DNA of 64,000 nt, from positions 992,001 to 1,056,000 of the forward strand of contig OY253673.1 of NCBI GenBank assembly GCA_958009085.1. Reading direction: 5' to 3'. The notes beneath the pieces are model-generated. The model saw only the letters and a list, made by a program, of their open reading frames with translations, was not told the origin of the DNA and did no database searches. The stretch's first letter is position 1. The number at the start of each line of letters is the position of its first letter. The DNA comes from Protoeuglena noctilucae (Eukaryota). Below are positions 1 to 13,950 of the stretch, piece after piece. The position numbers and the translations under genes were made by a program.

Positions 1-148
1 GCAACTCGCAGGTGCGCTGCGCTCGCAATCGCCCAGGTGCAGCAAATCGCGACTCTGCGAGCGAAAAGACCAGCGGATCGTCGCCGGTGTGCAACCCAAT
101 TCACGTCATATACATGTCCTTGGATACGTAGCCGTGAACGGGCCCTCC

Positions 149-1624
149 ATGCGCTCCATCGCGCGGGCTAAGCTGGGTCGCCCCAGCGGACGTACGTCCC
201 TGAGGGTGAAGGCGTTCTTCAACACGGGCCCCAAGAAATCGGCCAGTTCGCAGGCCCCTGCTGATACGAAGAAGGTGAGGGGCGTGAATGGTGGCGGTGA
301 GCGCCGCGAAGGGCGCCCACGACCCTGGATGGCACCCGCATCCTGGGACTCCCGCAGGCTGCGCCGCTGTTCGGCGGCCTTCTCAAGTCGCCGAAGGGCG
401 CTGCTACCATTGCAGAGGAACGCGTGAAAGCAGCGGAGAAGGTGACGGGCGGCGGGGGAAGTCGTTCTCTTGCCGTTCTCTCTGCCCAACTTTCCCGGCG
501 ACGCACATGCGATCTTGGCTTTCTTTGCAGACCCGCAAGAGCATCTTCGGCACGTCCGGCACGAAGCAAAGCTCGGGTCAGCCCGGCCGCCAGTCGCCAG
601 CGCAAGACCAGCGCGCTCGGGCGCAGGCTGCAGCTGAGGAGCGCAAGCGCCAGGCGGAGGAGCAGCGCGCTCGGGCGCAGGCCGCGGCCAAAGAGCGCAA
701 GCGCCAGGCAGAGGAGCAGAGGGCTAGGGCGCAGGCTGCGGCGGAGGAGCGCAAGCGCCAGGCGGAGGAGCAGCGGGCTCGGGCGCAGGCTGCTGCTGAG
801 GAGCGCAAGCGCCAAGCGGAGGAGCAGCGCCGTAAGCAGCAGGAGGCGATGTTGGCTGCGCAAAAGGCGGCGGCGGAGCGCAAGGCGGCACTGGCCCGGG
901 CGAGCGGGAGTGCCAAGGTGGCTACTGGGAGTGCCAAGGTGCCCGCTGGAAGCGCCAAGATGCAGACCTTTGCTGGGTCGGCCAAGGTTGCTGCTCGCCC
1001 TGGCACCGCCCGCGGCACCGCCCGTGGGGAGGCCAAGAGTGCGTCAGGCACCGCGACGCGAGCGGCCTTTGGCCTCTTTGGGCAGCCCAAGGCAGTGTCT
1101 ACGGCATCCCAGTCGCCCGTGGACGACAAGAAGAGGCAGATGGAAGAGGTGGGGATGCTCCGCGGTAACGGTGGTAGGCTGGCCCCAGCGCGCTGTCGCT
1201 CTGACCCCCCTACTGGTGGCCCACGACGCCGCAGGAGCTCGCTAACACGCGCAGCGCGGCATCAGAGCAGGCAGAAGAGCTGAGGGAGGCACGGAAGCTT
1301 CTGCAGGAGGCGCAGCGGGAGGTGCAGCAGGCCGCTCGCAGCGTCCAGGGGCCCCAGGCGGCCGTGGACAAGGCTGGGCGCCGCCGGTCCCTTCTGGAGG
1401 AGGAGTCCCAGAAACTGATGGGCGCGCTCGAGGAGGCAACGCAGGTGAGCCGCTCGCTTCTGGCAGTCCCACTGGGGGCCTCCGTGCTCTGGCCGGATCG
1501 AGACGGCCGGGAGCGCCGCAAACAGAACGGGCCCGTGTTCCTGCCGCAGAGGCTGGCGCAGCTGAAGAGGGACCGCCAGGCGCTGCAGCAGGAGCTGAGC
1601 AAGCCCGTCGTGCCGCTGAACTGA
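149..1624 (+). CDS. Unknown coiled-coil protein with 18-aa tandem repeats and a possible plastid transit peptide (4 exons)
   Basis: ATG149 MRSIARAKLGRPSGRTSLRVKAFF...; GT-AG introns at about 275-530, 1150-1234 and 1445-1549 join the ORF pieces in frame, ending ...ELSKPVVPLN-stop. The middle is E/Q/R/A-rich and helical. Confidence 0.7.
609..830 (+). repeat. 54-bp coding tandem repeat, ~4 copies (QRARAQAAAEERKRQAEE)
   Basis: Units start at 609, 663, 717 and 771, with mostly synonymous differences. Confidence 0.95.
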
Positions 1625-1672
1625 CTTCGTCACTGCGCGCTCAAGCGTTGAAAGGATCCCTAGGCCGTGCAT

Positions 1673-2289
1673 CTACCACTGGTCCCCGTACTTTTCCTTC
1701 GCGAGGCGGTTGTACTCGGCGTACCACTCCTGCTCGTTCGACATCCGGTTCCACTCGCCGACCTGCAGGTGTCGATGCGACGAATGCTCTGCCTCTGCGC
1801 GACGCAGCTGCCCCGCCGTGCCAGCGCCGGTCGCCGCATACCTTCCATGGAATGACGAAGGCGACGCCCATCGCGCAGCCCATCAAAATCTCGCGCACGA
1901 CGTTGCCCGCCTTGTGGAACTCGTTGTGGTCGCGAACCAGGCTCGGCACGGGCACCTGCTTGGCCACGCGCACGGCCGAGCCTGCAGTCGGGTCAGAGGC
2001 GAATGATGCGTCAGTTCACGAAGCCCCAGGGGGCCAGCGACAACGACGGGCGTGCGTCCTCCGTTCGCCTCCCATAACGAGGGCTGGATCGTCCCTCGCA
2101 GCATGCTCATGCCGGCCTCCGCATCAGATGCTTGTAATGCGCGTCGCGCCGTCCGGTCTTGACCAGCAGCGAGCCGGGCGAGCCAGGGAGCGGCCTCCCG
2201 CTACCCCCTCGTCCAGCCACCGCGGAACCGTGCGCTCGTGGCCGTCATGCTCCTAACGCACCTGCGGCCTTCGCGAGTCCTGCCGACAT
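1673..2289 (-). CDS. COX5C: Cytochrome c oxidase subunit 5c-like, plant type (3 exons)
   Basis: Exons 2289-2262, 1981-1842 and 1762-1673 give MSAGLAKAAGSAVRVAKQ...GNVVREILMGCAMGVAFVIPWKVGEWNRMSNEQEWYAEY...; this resembles plant COX5C (SVVKEL..G..LG...G.LWK.HHWN). Single TM helix. Confidence 0.7.
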
Positions 2290-2793
2290 GGCCCCGCTAG
2301 CCCTCAAGGACCTGACACGTCGCGGAGCTGATGCCAACGGCCGCTCTCCCAGCCACGGCAACTAGCAAAGACGGGACACAGCGATTTGACGAGGGCGCGC
2401 GCGTCGCCGTTGGGCAAGACGGGTGATCCTGACATCTCACTGGCGTTTTGACGCGGGAGCGCGGCAAGACAGGGGCTTCTGGGTGAGTCGCTTGCATTTT
2501 GTCGGGGACGCCTGCCAGCGGCGCTTGTCCATCCTGCGGGACTGGCGCTGCGCAGGTCCCGTGCGCCGCGCTGCAGCCTACCGTGCCCAGAGACGCGGGC
2601 TTGGCGGGCTATTGCACCACGCCGTCGATGCGTGCCATCCCTGCGTCTCTGCAAGAGCGGACGGTCCTGCTGACGCATTCGCTGGCGGGTTTGCAAACTT
2701 GCGTCCCGCCCCAACTCTTTATGAGCTCCGTGCGAGCTGTAGGCCGTCCCGACCTGCGCCGCCGGTGCCTGCAAAATCCTTGGTTGCTGGAAC

Positions 2794-5455
2794 ATGTCGA
2801 GGAACGGGGATGAGTTGCTCCCGACGACGAGGTTTACGCGGGTAGGTTGGCGGGTGCGCGTGGCGAAAGTCGGGGCGACAGGACCCCTGCCTGGCCAATC
2901 TACCCATCGCCTGCGCTTTTGTGCTCACAGGAGAAGCTTCTGGGACAGGGGCAGTTTGCGGAGGTCTTCTCTGCCAGTGACAAGTGAGAGGGAGGGGGCT
3001 GCACGCTTGCTGCGTGCCTAACGCGCCGCGCTTTCCGGCTCACACGGCCACCATGCCCCCACGATATCCCTGCATCGCAGGGAAGCGGAGACGAGTGGGT
3101 CGACCCGCGTGGCCGTCAAGCTGGCGCGACGGCCAAGCTGCCAGAGCCTGCTGATCGAGAAGCGTGCCCTGCAGGCCCTGTCGTCCACGTGCACGCGCAT
3201 TCCCAAGCTAATTGGGGTCGGAAAGCACGAGTGAGTATACCAGCGCGCACGCTGCGGGGTCGATTATCGGCCTGCAGAGACGCGCCAAGGCTGTACCTTT
3301 TCCCGCCTCTGCAGCGATCGGACCTTTCTCGTGCTGACCCTCCTGGGGGAGAACCTGGCTGACATACGTCGCCAGAACACATGGGGACGCTCTCCCAACG
3401 GCCGCTTCTCCACGCAAGACGCGCTCAAGGTGCACCCACTGCCCCCCGTGCGTGCCACAGGCACTGCCCGGCGTGGAATTTACCCTCAGACCTGGCCTAA
3501 GCCCCTGCTTCGCTCCGCAGCTGGGTCTCAAGATCCTCGATGCGGTGGAGGAGGTGCACGAGGCCGGCTGGATCCACCGAGACGTCAAGCCGGCCAACTT
3601 GGTGGTGCAGGCCGGGTGCCGCGGCCTGGACGACGCCGTCATCCACCTGTGTGACTTCGGCCTGGCGCGCAAGTTCCGGGGCGATGACGGCTCCCACGTG
3701 GGCGAGAGGGAGCGCGCACAGTTCCGAGGCTCCACAGGTGTGGGGCCGAGCGGCCGAGCAAAGCCCCTTGCAGAGCCTGTCCCCCGGAGGGGTTTGCGCG
3801 CCGCTGCAGGCCCGTGACGCTATGTGTCATCTGCAGCACTCCGTCGACATCGCGAGCGCGGCGCCTGCCCCCAGTGTACGCCTCGCATGGCGCGATGAGC
3901 TGCCGCGACCAGGGCCGCCGCGATGACCTCTGGAGCCTGCTCTACATCGTGGTCGAGCTCTTCAACGGGAACCTCCCCTGGCGGCGGCTCACGCGCCCGG
4001 ACGCGTCCCCGGGCCACGACAACTACGATTGGGACCGCATGCGGGACTTGAAGCTGGCCTGCCAGCGGGAGCCCCAGCAGATGTCGCCCGAGCGGCCCCT
4101 CCCACGGGTCCTGGAGTCCCTCACGGAGAAGCTGAGGAGCACCGAGTACGACCAGCGCCCGGCGTACGACGCCATCCGCAGGCTCTTGCAGCAGGGCGTG
4201 GAGGAGTGTGCCGACGCGGGGCAGCAGGTGAGGGGGGGACGCATGCACTCTCCGCCTCAGAGAGGCTTCGTCTCGACGCCACGGGCACCGTCACCTGCCT
4301 GCTCTCCTCCTCTTGCAGGACCTCCTTGGGCCCCCGCCCCCATTCCTGCAGCCACCCGCCCCAGCTGTGCGAGACTCGGTGTCCCGGAAACGCTCGCGCT
4401 TCCAAGATTTGGACCATGCGCGCGAGGGGGACGCCGGTGACGACTCCAGCAGGGGATTCGATGCCATACCGCCCCCCGTGGTTCGCGCGAACAGCTCCCC
4501 CCACGGCCTGGCGACGCCGTCAGGCCTGCCGACCCCCCGCTCCGTGGGTCCCGCGTCCGGCCGGGCGGCGCGCGTCCCCTCGACTTCCCGTCTGGAAGAT
4601 GACATTGCTGAGCGGGTCCTGGACCTGCCCCCGGAGGCTGGCGTCCAGCTGATCGTGGCGATGGTGGAGCGCGCCGTGCGCCGCGCAAGAGGGAACGACG
4701 CGGCGAGTCAGGCCGTGGCGGTGCTGCTGCGGGAGCTGGCGACCCTGGCCAGCGACGGAGCGGACCAGCTCGACGCCTCGCTGCGGGGAGGGGCGGGCGT
4801 GGGCCCCGCGGGGGTCCGGACGCCCCAGGTGCAGGTGGGGGTGGGGCCCGACAGCAGCGTGGGGCAAGGGGCGTGGGGCCGGTCGCAGGGGGGGTTCCAG
4901 GGGCCGCCTTCGTGGGGCCCGCACGGTGGTTGGGCGGGGGACGAGCGTGGCAGAGGGCTGGAGCAGGGGTACGCGGTGCAGGGCGTGATGGGGCAGGGGG
5001 TGATGGTTGGGAATGGCGGGATGGACTATTCCATGGGGAATGGCGGCCAAGGCATGCTGGGGGTGGACCAGGGCGTGGGGATGAGCCAAGGGATGGGGGG
5101 CATGGGTCACGGCCCGGGGCCCATGCCGGGCATGGGGGGGCAGATGCCAACCGGGGGTCCCGTGGTGCAGGGCGGCGCTCACCATGGGGGTCACCGTGGG
5201 GGTCATCACGGGGGTGGCATGGGGAACATGGAGGGCCAGCTGCGGCATGGGCATGCCCAGCACATGATGATGGGCCATGTCGGGATGCAGGGCGGCGGGG
5301 CCATGGGGCGCCCGGTGCGGCCGCCCGTGCCGCCCCCTCCAAAGCACTCACGTCCCATCCAGGGGGGATATGGTGGTGGTGGTGGTGGGCGGTATGGAGG
5401 GTGGGACGCCCAGGGGCAGATGCGGGCGGACTACGGGGGCTACGGAAACGTTTGA
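2794..5455 (+). CDS. Tau-tubulin kinase / casein kinase 1 family Ser/Thr kinase with a Gly/Met-rich C-terminal tail
   Basis: Spliced motifs LGQGQFAEVF, VAVK, LLGENL, IHRDVKPAN, DFGLAR, FRGST..YAS and QGRRDDLWSLLY (CK1/TTBK signature); multiple GT-AG introns. Confidence 0.88.
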
Positions 5456-5791
5456 ACAGAGCGCATGACAGGCGCAATTACATGATTCATATTCACGCTG
5501 CTGTGGCTTGCACGGCTCGCTAGTACACACATTGACTCTCCGGGGCTCTCCGTATGTTTCTCAGGCAGCAAAACGTGCTGTCTGATTCGTTTGGGTTGCC
5601 TCTTCCTATGCCCGTGACATCACATGCCCGCGCGTGTTCGGTGTGGCTTGTCCTCGGCTTCCATCCCAGCTGAGAGTGCATGAGGGGTTGTGGCAAGGCT
5701 TGAATGGCATTCACATGGTGAAGGGATCAGAAGCTCCGTCCATTTAGCTGAGAGGCGGACTCGGGCGCCGGCGCGGGTGCGCCGCGACGGC

Positions 5792-6570
5792 ATGCCCGTG
5801 TACAACCTCTTCTGTATGCTCCGGCCGACCGTGGGCCAGGGGCAGCTGGCCGGTTTCATGAAGAAGCTGGGGACGGCGGTGTTTCGGAACGGTGGCGTGC
5901 TGATGGATATCCGACATCACGGTCTCGCAAAGGTGCGCGCGGGGCGGCCTGGCGCGGAGTCGGCGTCTGCGCGACCCGTCGGCAGTGCCCGACTCGCTCC
6001 GCGCTTTTGCCGCCCCGGACGCAGACTGCGTACATGATCAAACGTCCAGGACTTCGCATGACGCAAGGGCAGATGTTTCAGATGTCGTTCAACGTCCCAT
6101 CGGAGGCTTTGGCAGACGTCAAGGTGGGGCCCCCGCAAGCGCTGCGCTCCCGGCAGGGCCCGTGGCTCTATGTGTTTCGAATGCAAACAGGGGGCTTAAA
6201 CGTCGTGCTGGCATCTGTGTCTGCGCTTGCCGGGGATTCCGCACCTCAAATGGAGGCCCTGCTCTGCCCGCAGTACGAACTCCGGGTCGAGCAGGACCTC
6301 GTGCGCTGGATGGTGACAAAGCACGATACGGTCGCATTCCCTATCCCCGGAAGGATCCAGGTGGGACGCTAGCGCCCCCGCCGCTGCGCCTGCTTCAGTG
6401 CGGCGTGATCCGCCCTTTGGGATCGACAGCGCTGCTGCCTGCTTGGTGCGCAGATGGGCGACATCCTGCGGATGATGAAGGAGGAGGTCGGCACAAGCGA
6501 TGCAGTGGCGGGGGCGACCGATCCGTCGGAGGCCGCGCTGGCGGGGGCGAGGGCCGAGCGGGGCGCATGA
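5792..6570 (+). CDS. RPS6: Organellar (probably mitochondrial) ribosomal protein bS6 (4 exons)
   Basis: MPVYNLFCMLRP...VFRNGGVLMDIRHHGLAK|TAYMIKRPG...QMSF...|YELRVEQDLVRWMVTK matches the bS6m pattern (MP.YE, GG.., AY.I.K, D..R). Confidence 0.85.
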
Positions 6571-6651
6571 TTGTTGAGGCCGTTCGGGCAGCGCGGTGCG
6601 TGGCATCTCCTCCCGTGTTCAGCTTTCAACACAGCACACCTGACAAAGCCT

Positions 6652-9600
6652 CTACGCCGGGCCCCGCCCTCTGGAACGCATGGACGCGTCCATGGCAGGG
6701 ATCCCATCCTTTCCAATATCCGCTCCCAGCACTTGCGGGGGTCCAGTGCCACGCACGCCCCCCGCCGCGGCAGCCGCGCCTCCAAGTCCCGCAGTGCTTG
6801 GCCGCCGCGCCCCCGACACCGCTGCTTGTGCTGCGGCCGCCCCAGCAGCTGCGCCCCCCTGAGATGCAGGCCGGCCCGCGCCGGGTCCCTCAGCAGCCGC
6901 CCCACCCGCGTCGCCCTGGCCCCGGCTGTGGCCCTCCCGCCCCACGCTGCCGGGGGCCCCAACCCCCCTCCCCGTCGTGCTGGGCTCCCGCACCGCCACG
7001 GACGGCAGCACTTCGTTCGCGATTTCGGGGCTGAACGCCACGAGCGCCCCCGGCCCCTTGATCCGGCTGAGGAGGCGGCCCCCCTTGCGCTCGACCTCAG
7101 ACACCTCGGGGAGGTCGGGGAGCAGCGCGGGGACGTCGCGGCCCGACAGTATGTCCGTCGCAAGGGCCTCCCGCAGGCGCGGGAGGGAGTAGACGAGGAA
7201 GCGGTCGGGGTGCTTGGTGAACTGCAGGCCGCGGTGGGCGTCAAGAAAGGCGGCGTAGGCCGGGACCACCTCCACGGACACGGTCCGCACAAGGTGCGCG
7301 CGGAGGGCGGCGTCTGCCACATCCCACGGGGTCTGCCGGCGGTGCAGCGCGTGCATGGCGCGGTTGAAGTCCCGGAAGCGCTGCTTGATTAGGTCCCTGC
7401 ATGACGCGGCAAGGGGAGGGACGTGGGCGGCGGGGAGCCCAGGGCGACGCACGGCGCAGGAGCGCCTGGCCACCCGGCCCTCGCCTTGCGTCGTTGGGGA
7501 GGTGGCCGGCGAAGCTCCGGTACGGCGCCACCTCCCCCGTGCCGTCCTTGAGCACTTGCAGGAGAGGGCCCCAGGCGTTCTCGCGGTAGCGCGCGCACCG
7601 CGCCACCAAGACCTGTCGCATCTTGTCCACCCAGTTGGGCCCTAAGGCGTCCGCTGCCCCGCAGCCCCGCAGGGCCCCAAGCATGAAAGCCTGGTTGGCC
7701 GCCAAGAACAGGTCCCGCGCATCCTCCCCCTCCATCTCCTGCGCCATGCCTTCGAGCTGCTCCGTCACCGAGTTGACCACCTGAGGGGGCGGGCGCGCGA
7801 CCAGGCCGCCAGCTGTCGCGGGGCACTTCGTGGGAGGCGGGCGGTGTGCGCTACAAGCGCATGAGCCGCACCTGCAGCGTCACTGTCGACAACCGCTTCC
7901 TCAGCGCCCCCGCGCCATCGCCGCCCGCCGTGCCCGACGCGCCCTCCGAGCCCGCCTCCGACGCCCGCCCCGAGCGCACGCCCGGCGTCCCCGGCGGCTT
8001 GTCCCCCGCCGCAGCCTTGCCCAGCAGCGACGACAGCGCAAACGCGTGCCCGTGGAGGCGCTTGAGGTACGCCATCGCAGCCGCCGTGAGGGGGTGGACG
8101 GTCGGGTGCGCCACGCGCGCCTCGATGTGCTGCCGCGTGACCATCTCGTCCAGGTCGGCCACCGCGTGCCGGATGGCGTTGACCAGGCGGGGCTGCAAGG
8201 ACTGGAGCTCCCGGAAGGCGGGGAGGTTCTCGGCGGGGACATCGATCGCCAGCACCCCCTGGGCCGCGTCGTTGACGATCTCGGCCATCCGGGACAAAGA
8301 CGCTGCGGGGCACGCACGGGTCTGGGTTGGGCTACGGAGGAAAGCGTTGCGACAAAGCAGGAGCCAGAGGGCCCAGCACTTGCCCGCGAGCCGCGAGTGG
8401 AGGTCGAGGAGCAGGAAGACCTTGTCCGAGCACTTATCCGTGCCGCACACCGCCACGCCCTCCTCGAGCAGCCACTGCCCCGGCCGCTTGAGCAGCATGG
8501 CTGCCACCGCGGGCACCACCGCTGCGTCCAAGACCTGCTCCTCCAGCCCCTCGCACGTGTCGTCCGTGAACACCTGCCCAAGCCCGTCCATCTCCCGTCG
8601 TAGCAACGCCTGGGGAAGGCGGGGCTACGTATGTAGCCCACAGCCACCCACGGTGCACCCGGGGCTCCTCCAGGCCCGCGGCCTCACTACACCCCAATCC
8701 TCACCTCCAGCGCGTGCAGGTACACCAGGAATCCTTGGGCCCGTGCCTGGGCCTCGGCGAACGTCGCCGGCGCTCGCCGCGAGCCGGCCCCCGTCAGCCC
8801 CGCCCCTTCCAACACCGCCGCCAGCGTGGCTGCGACGTCCTTGGCGCGTTCCGACCCTGCGTCGTGACATGCAGGGCCTCTCAAGCGGCGGCAGGTACAC
8901 TCCGCGTGCTCGCAGCAGACACGCCCCTGCACCTCACCGTACGCTTCCACCAGCACCTTCTCGCCGCCAGCGCCCAGCAAGATGCGGACCACGTTCCGCA
9001 AGTCCCCCAGCTCCCCCTCCCTCAAGGGCTTCCCCAGGCGAGACTCGGCCCCCGCCCCTCCCCTGCCGTCCCCAGAACTCCGCGTGGTCGCCGATGCGGA
9101 AGCGCTGCCCTGGCCCCGGGTGGTGCCGCTCGTTGCGGGCCCCCCTCCCGTGGCTGCCCAGCCCGCGAAAGGGGCGAGCTTCGACCGAAGCTCCTCGACC
9201 TCCGGGCACCCCTCCAGCGCCGCCTCGGGCGACGCTGGGATCCCCGCGGCCTGGATCGACGCGTGCAGCCGCGTCAGGCACCCGGCCACCAGCTTGCGGC
9301 GGGCCAGCGCGGCCACCCCCAGCGCCTCGCGCGCGGCGCGGACGCCCCTATGGTCCTCGAGGGACAGCACCCGGTGACGCAGCTCCTCTAACGCGGCCTC
9401 GAGCTCCTTGGGCGGGGCGGACGCCTGAGGACGGGGCAGGGCCCAGCGGTCTCCCGCAGCTTCCTAGCGACAGATATCAGCTTGCGCGCCACCCCGTGCC
9501 GGGACGCGCAGCAGCTCACCCCCATCTCGGCCACGCGCGTCGCCACTGTAGCACAGGCTTTGGCGGACTGCAGGAGGCGCTCCATGCCATCCTTAACGTC

Positions 9601-9871
9601 CCGAATGTTCGCGAACGCGCGGTTCAAGGCCGAGGTCCTCGCCTTGATGGCAAACGTCTCGTTCCCCAGCGTCGTCGCCGAGTCTGCGGCCGTCACGTTG
9701 TGCCAAGGGTTAGCCCTGCAGCGCAGGCGATGGCGGCCCCGGGGATCGCGCGGGGCTGGCCTGGGACATCTCAGGCCCATCTCAATCCGCACCGAACACC
9801 GCCCGAATGTGGGTGTCGAGCTGTTGCGTCCCTCGGCGCAACGAAGACAGCGAGGCGTTGAGCGCGTCCAT
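6652..9871 (-). CDS. EXO70: Exocyst subunit Exo70
   Basis: TVHPLTAAAMAYL, LFLAANQAFM and IKQRFRDFN...QTPWDVADAALR...VVPAYAAF...KHPDRFLVYS are typical Exo70 C-terminal motifs; N-terminal ARTSALNRAFANI; ATG at 9871. Confidence 0.85.
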
Positions 9872-10279
9872 CGTGCTCCTGTGGGACCCAGCAGTCTCGG
9901 TCATCGTCGGCGCTCACAAACACGACATCCCAAGACACCGCATACGCTGCGGCGGGCCGGGACTGGGCGCCGATTGGCTGCTAAGTGGCGCGCGCTGCTT
10001 CCAAGCACGTGCTTGCGCTTGCTGGGGAGTTCTGCGGCCCAGTAAAGGCGCCGTGCTTTACACATGGGATTTCCCGAGCAGCCGAACGCGCTCACGCCTT
10101 CTCGCGGCCACCTGCGCGTCCCTGTGTCTGACGCCAGAGGGGCGTGCAGCCAGCCTGTCCCCATGCCGCGCGCCTGCCACCTCCCCGCGCCAAACCTGGT
10201 CACTACCGGCATCACTCGCGCCGTCGCTTTCTGCATCCACCGTCGGCTGTCGCCATCGACCGAGTAGGAGCAAGCCAAG

Positions 10280-11514
<1,235 letters not shown>

Positions 11515-11736
11515 TCGCGAGGCCCGGCGTTGGGGATCTGTATAGTCGCCAAGATGTCGTGTGTGCCTTTCGTCCCTGGAGTCCCAGCGGGCGTGCCGTC
11601 GCCGCGGACACGTCGCCCATAGCTACGGCCAACAACAGCTGCCATAGAACCGATGTCCCGCGCACGACATGCACAGTGCCGCCTCGCACGGCCATGGCTT
11701 AAACCGTGGGAAGGGCCTTTCACTGGCAGGGTGCCT

Positions 11737-13554
11737 TCACGTCACCGCTCCCCCCGCCTTGGCCAGGAACCGCGGCTTGTTCTGGATGATGAACTCCTTG
11801 ACGCGGTCGTCCCCGTCTGCCCGCACCAGCAGCGGCCACGCCCGGAACGTGTCTCCGCCCCCCTCTGTGGCCTCGGGGAGCCTCGGGGGGTACAGGACGA
11901 CCCCAAGGCCATGGGCAAACTTGAAGGTCTCCACGAAGAACTCGAGCGTCTGCGAGTGGTGCGGCACGGCCCCTGACGCGCAGTGGCCCCGAGGACGGCG
12001 GCCAGAGCTAAGCCGCGTCCCACCACACACACACCTCAAAGTTGTGGAAGGAGACTACCCGACTGTCCTGCACGCGCCGCATGGAGCGCTCCCACAGCTC
12101 GATCTGCTGGCACACCGCCTCGGGCACACGCTGGGACCCGGGCCGCCCCGGGTGTGCGTGCTCGGCCAGGTAGTTGATGATGGACGCGGCGTCCAGTCCC
12201 CGGTTGAAGGCGTCGTCCAGGGACTTGAACGTGATGGTGCCAACGAACAGGTTCGGGAGAATGCAGTCCGGGCGGCAGAACTGCCGCAGCACGTTCTGGT
12301 GGATGCGCGAGGACGTGTAGGCGTACACCTGCGTGCGCACGGGTCGTGGCTGGTCGCATAGAGCGAAGCAATAAGCGAGCAGGTAGTGGAGCAGCCCCGG
12401 GGCAGACCTCCGCTCTCACCCGAAAGTTCGTCTCCATGACAATCCAGCCCGAGACTCCGGCCCCCCCGTACCCATACCCCAGCCCCGTGTCGCTGCCGCC
12501 GAGCACGGCAGCGAGGTGCGTGGCGCAGAATCCCGGCCCTCGCCCAGTCTGGAGCGGCAGGAGGAGCCCCAGCTGGCAGAGATGCGCGATGGCCTGCTGC
12601 TCGGCGGGGCTGAACCCGGACAGGAGCCGGGGCATCCCGGGCTCGAGGAAGGAGATGTGCAGGAGGAGGGTGACGAGGGCGCCGGCGTCAAGCCCGTCGG
12701 GGCCCGCGACCATGCTCACGTAGCCGCGGACCACCTGCCACATCTGCGCCGCGGGGGGCTGCATGAGGAAGGCGAAGCGTCGGTCGTACCCGTCCAACAG
12801 CGTCCCCTCCCGCCGCACCGTCCGCAGGCCGGCAGCCTCGAGCAGGGCGCGCGCGTCGAGAGACGCCATCCCGAGGTCCGCAAACACGTCCGGCATCTCC
12901 GGCACTGCATTCTGCTCGTCGTTGATCAGAAAGAGCATGAGGGACTCCCAACGCTCCTGCGCGTACTGCGCCAGGGCCCCCGAGTCCGGTGCGCTCGACG
13001 ATAGGCCCGTGTCTGCCTGCGCGCCTGGTCCCTCCGCTGCGGTCAGCGGACGAGCGAGGCTCGCAGTGACACTGCGCGGCGTGTGCCACCCGCGTGCTAG
13101 CTGCGCTGCCTGGCCACGCACCCAGTCCGACCAACAAATTCTCGCGCAGCTTCCGGTGCAAGTGCTGCACCGGTGGCTTTCCTGCGCCCCCCGCATGGGT
13201 CGTCAGGATCCCGTGGTCGTGCAGGTTCTGCAGCGCCTCCCCCAGGGCAGACGGCCCCGATGCTGGGGTCACCGCAGCCGCCCACGACCGCAGGCGCTCG
13301 TCCTGAGCGTCCTCCGGAAGCGGGAGGAGCTTGAGCACGACCTGCTTCCCCACGGCGGGAAGCGCCCTACGGGTGCCGGGCAGAAAACGTGGCTGGGCAG
13401 AAGGCGTGGCTCATGTCAGGTCCAGAAGCCCTGTGTGATCGATCCGCGCGTACCTGAATGCGGCGAGCGCGCCCCACTTGGAGTCGTAGAGCTCCTCGAC
13501 CTGCTCCTGCGGAAGATGGCCGAGGAAGCCGAACAGGCCCTTGTGCCGCGCCAT
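11737..13554 (-). CDS. GTF2H4: TFIIH subunit p52/Tfb2
   Basis: LY.SKWGALAAFR|ALPAVGKQVVLKLL, YAQERWESLMLFL, FAFLMQ, IVMETNFR|VYAYTSS, LPNLFVGTIT, IINYLAEHAHP and VPEAVCQQIELWE. Confidence 0.92.
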
Positions 13555-13950
13555 CCCAGCCCCGATCCGCTCCGGATGAGCCCCTCAGCGCTTCATGGTG
13601 CAGCAAGAGCTCCGCGGCGGCTCTCAGGCAGCGACCGCCGAGGCGGCCGCGACGCCTCGCTGAAAGAACCCGAACAGAGCGCGATGCTGCGCCACAGCCT
13701 GCACCCCACGGATGCATCGCGCCGCGCGCTCAGCGCGACTAAGGATCGGTGCGCCCCGGTCACAATCCTGTGCCAGTCGCATGAAACAACGCACCACCCG
13801 CGCCTCTTCCTCGCCGGGTCCCCTTGCAGGCGGACCGGGGGGCCCCGGCCCCCGGCTTCGCCAAAGTGGAGGGTGCCTGAAGGAGGATGTCGGCTCTCAG
13901 TTTCAATTGCGTCTATGGCAGCATAGTTGCCAACTAGCAGCGATACATCG

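Noticed and set aside
2300..2790. Short ORFs in intergenic regions (also 15700-16100, 19900-20700 and 60050-60600)
   Set aside because: No codon bias, motifs or consistent splice structure; probably promoter/UTR sequence.
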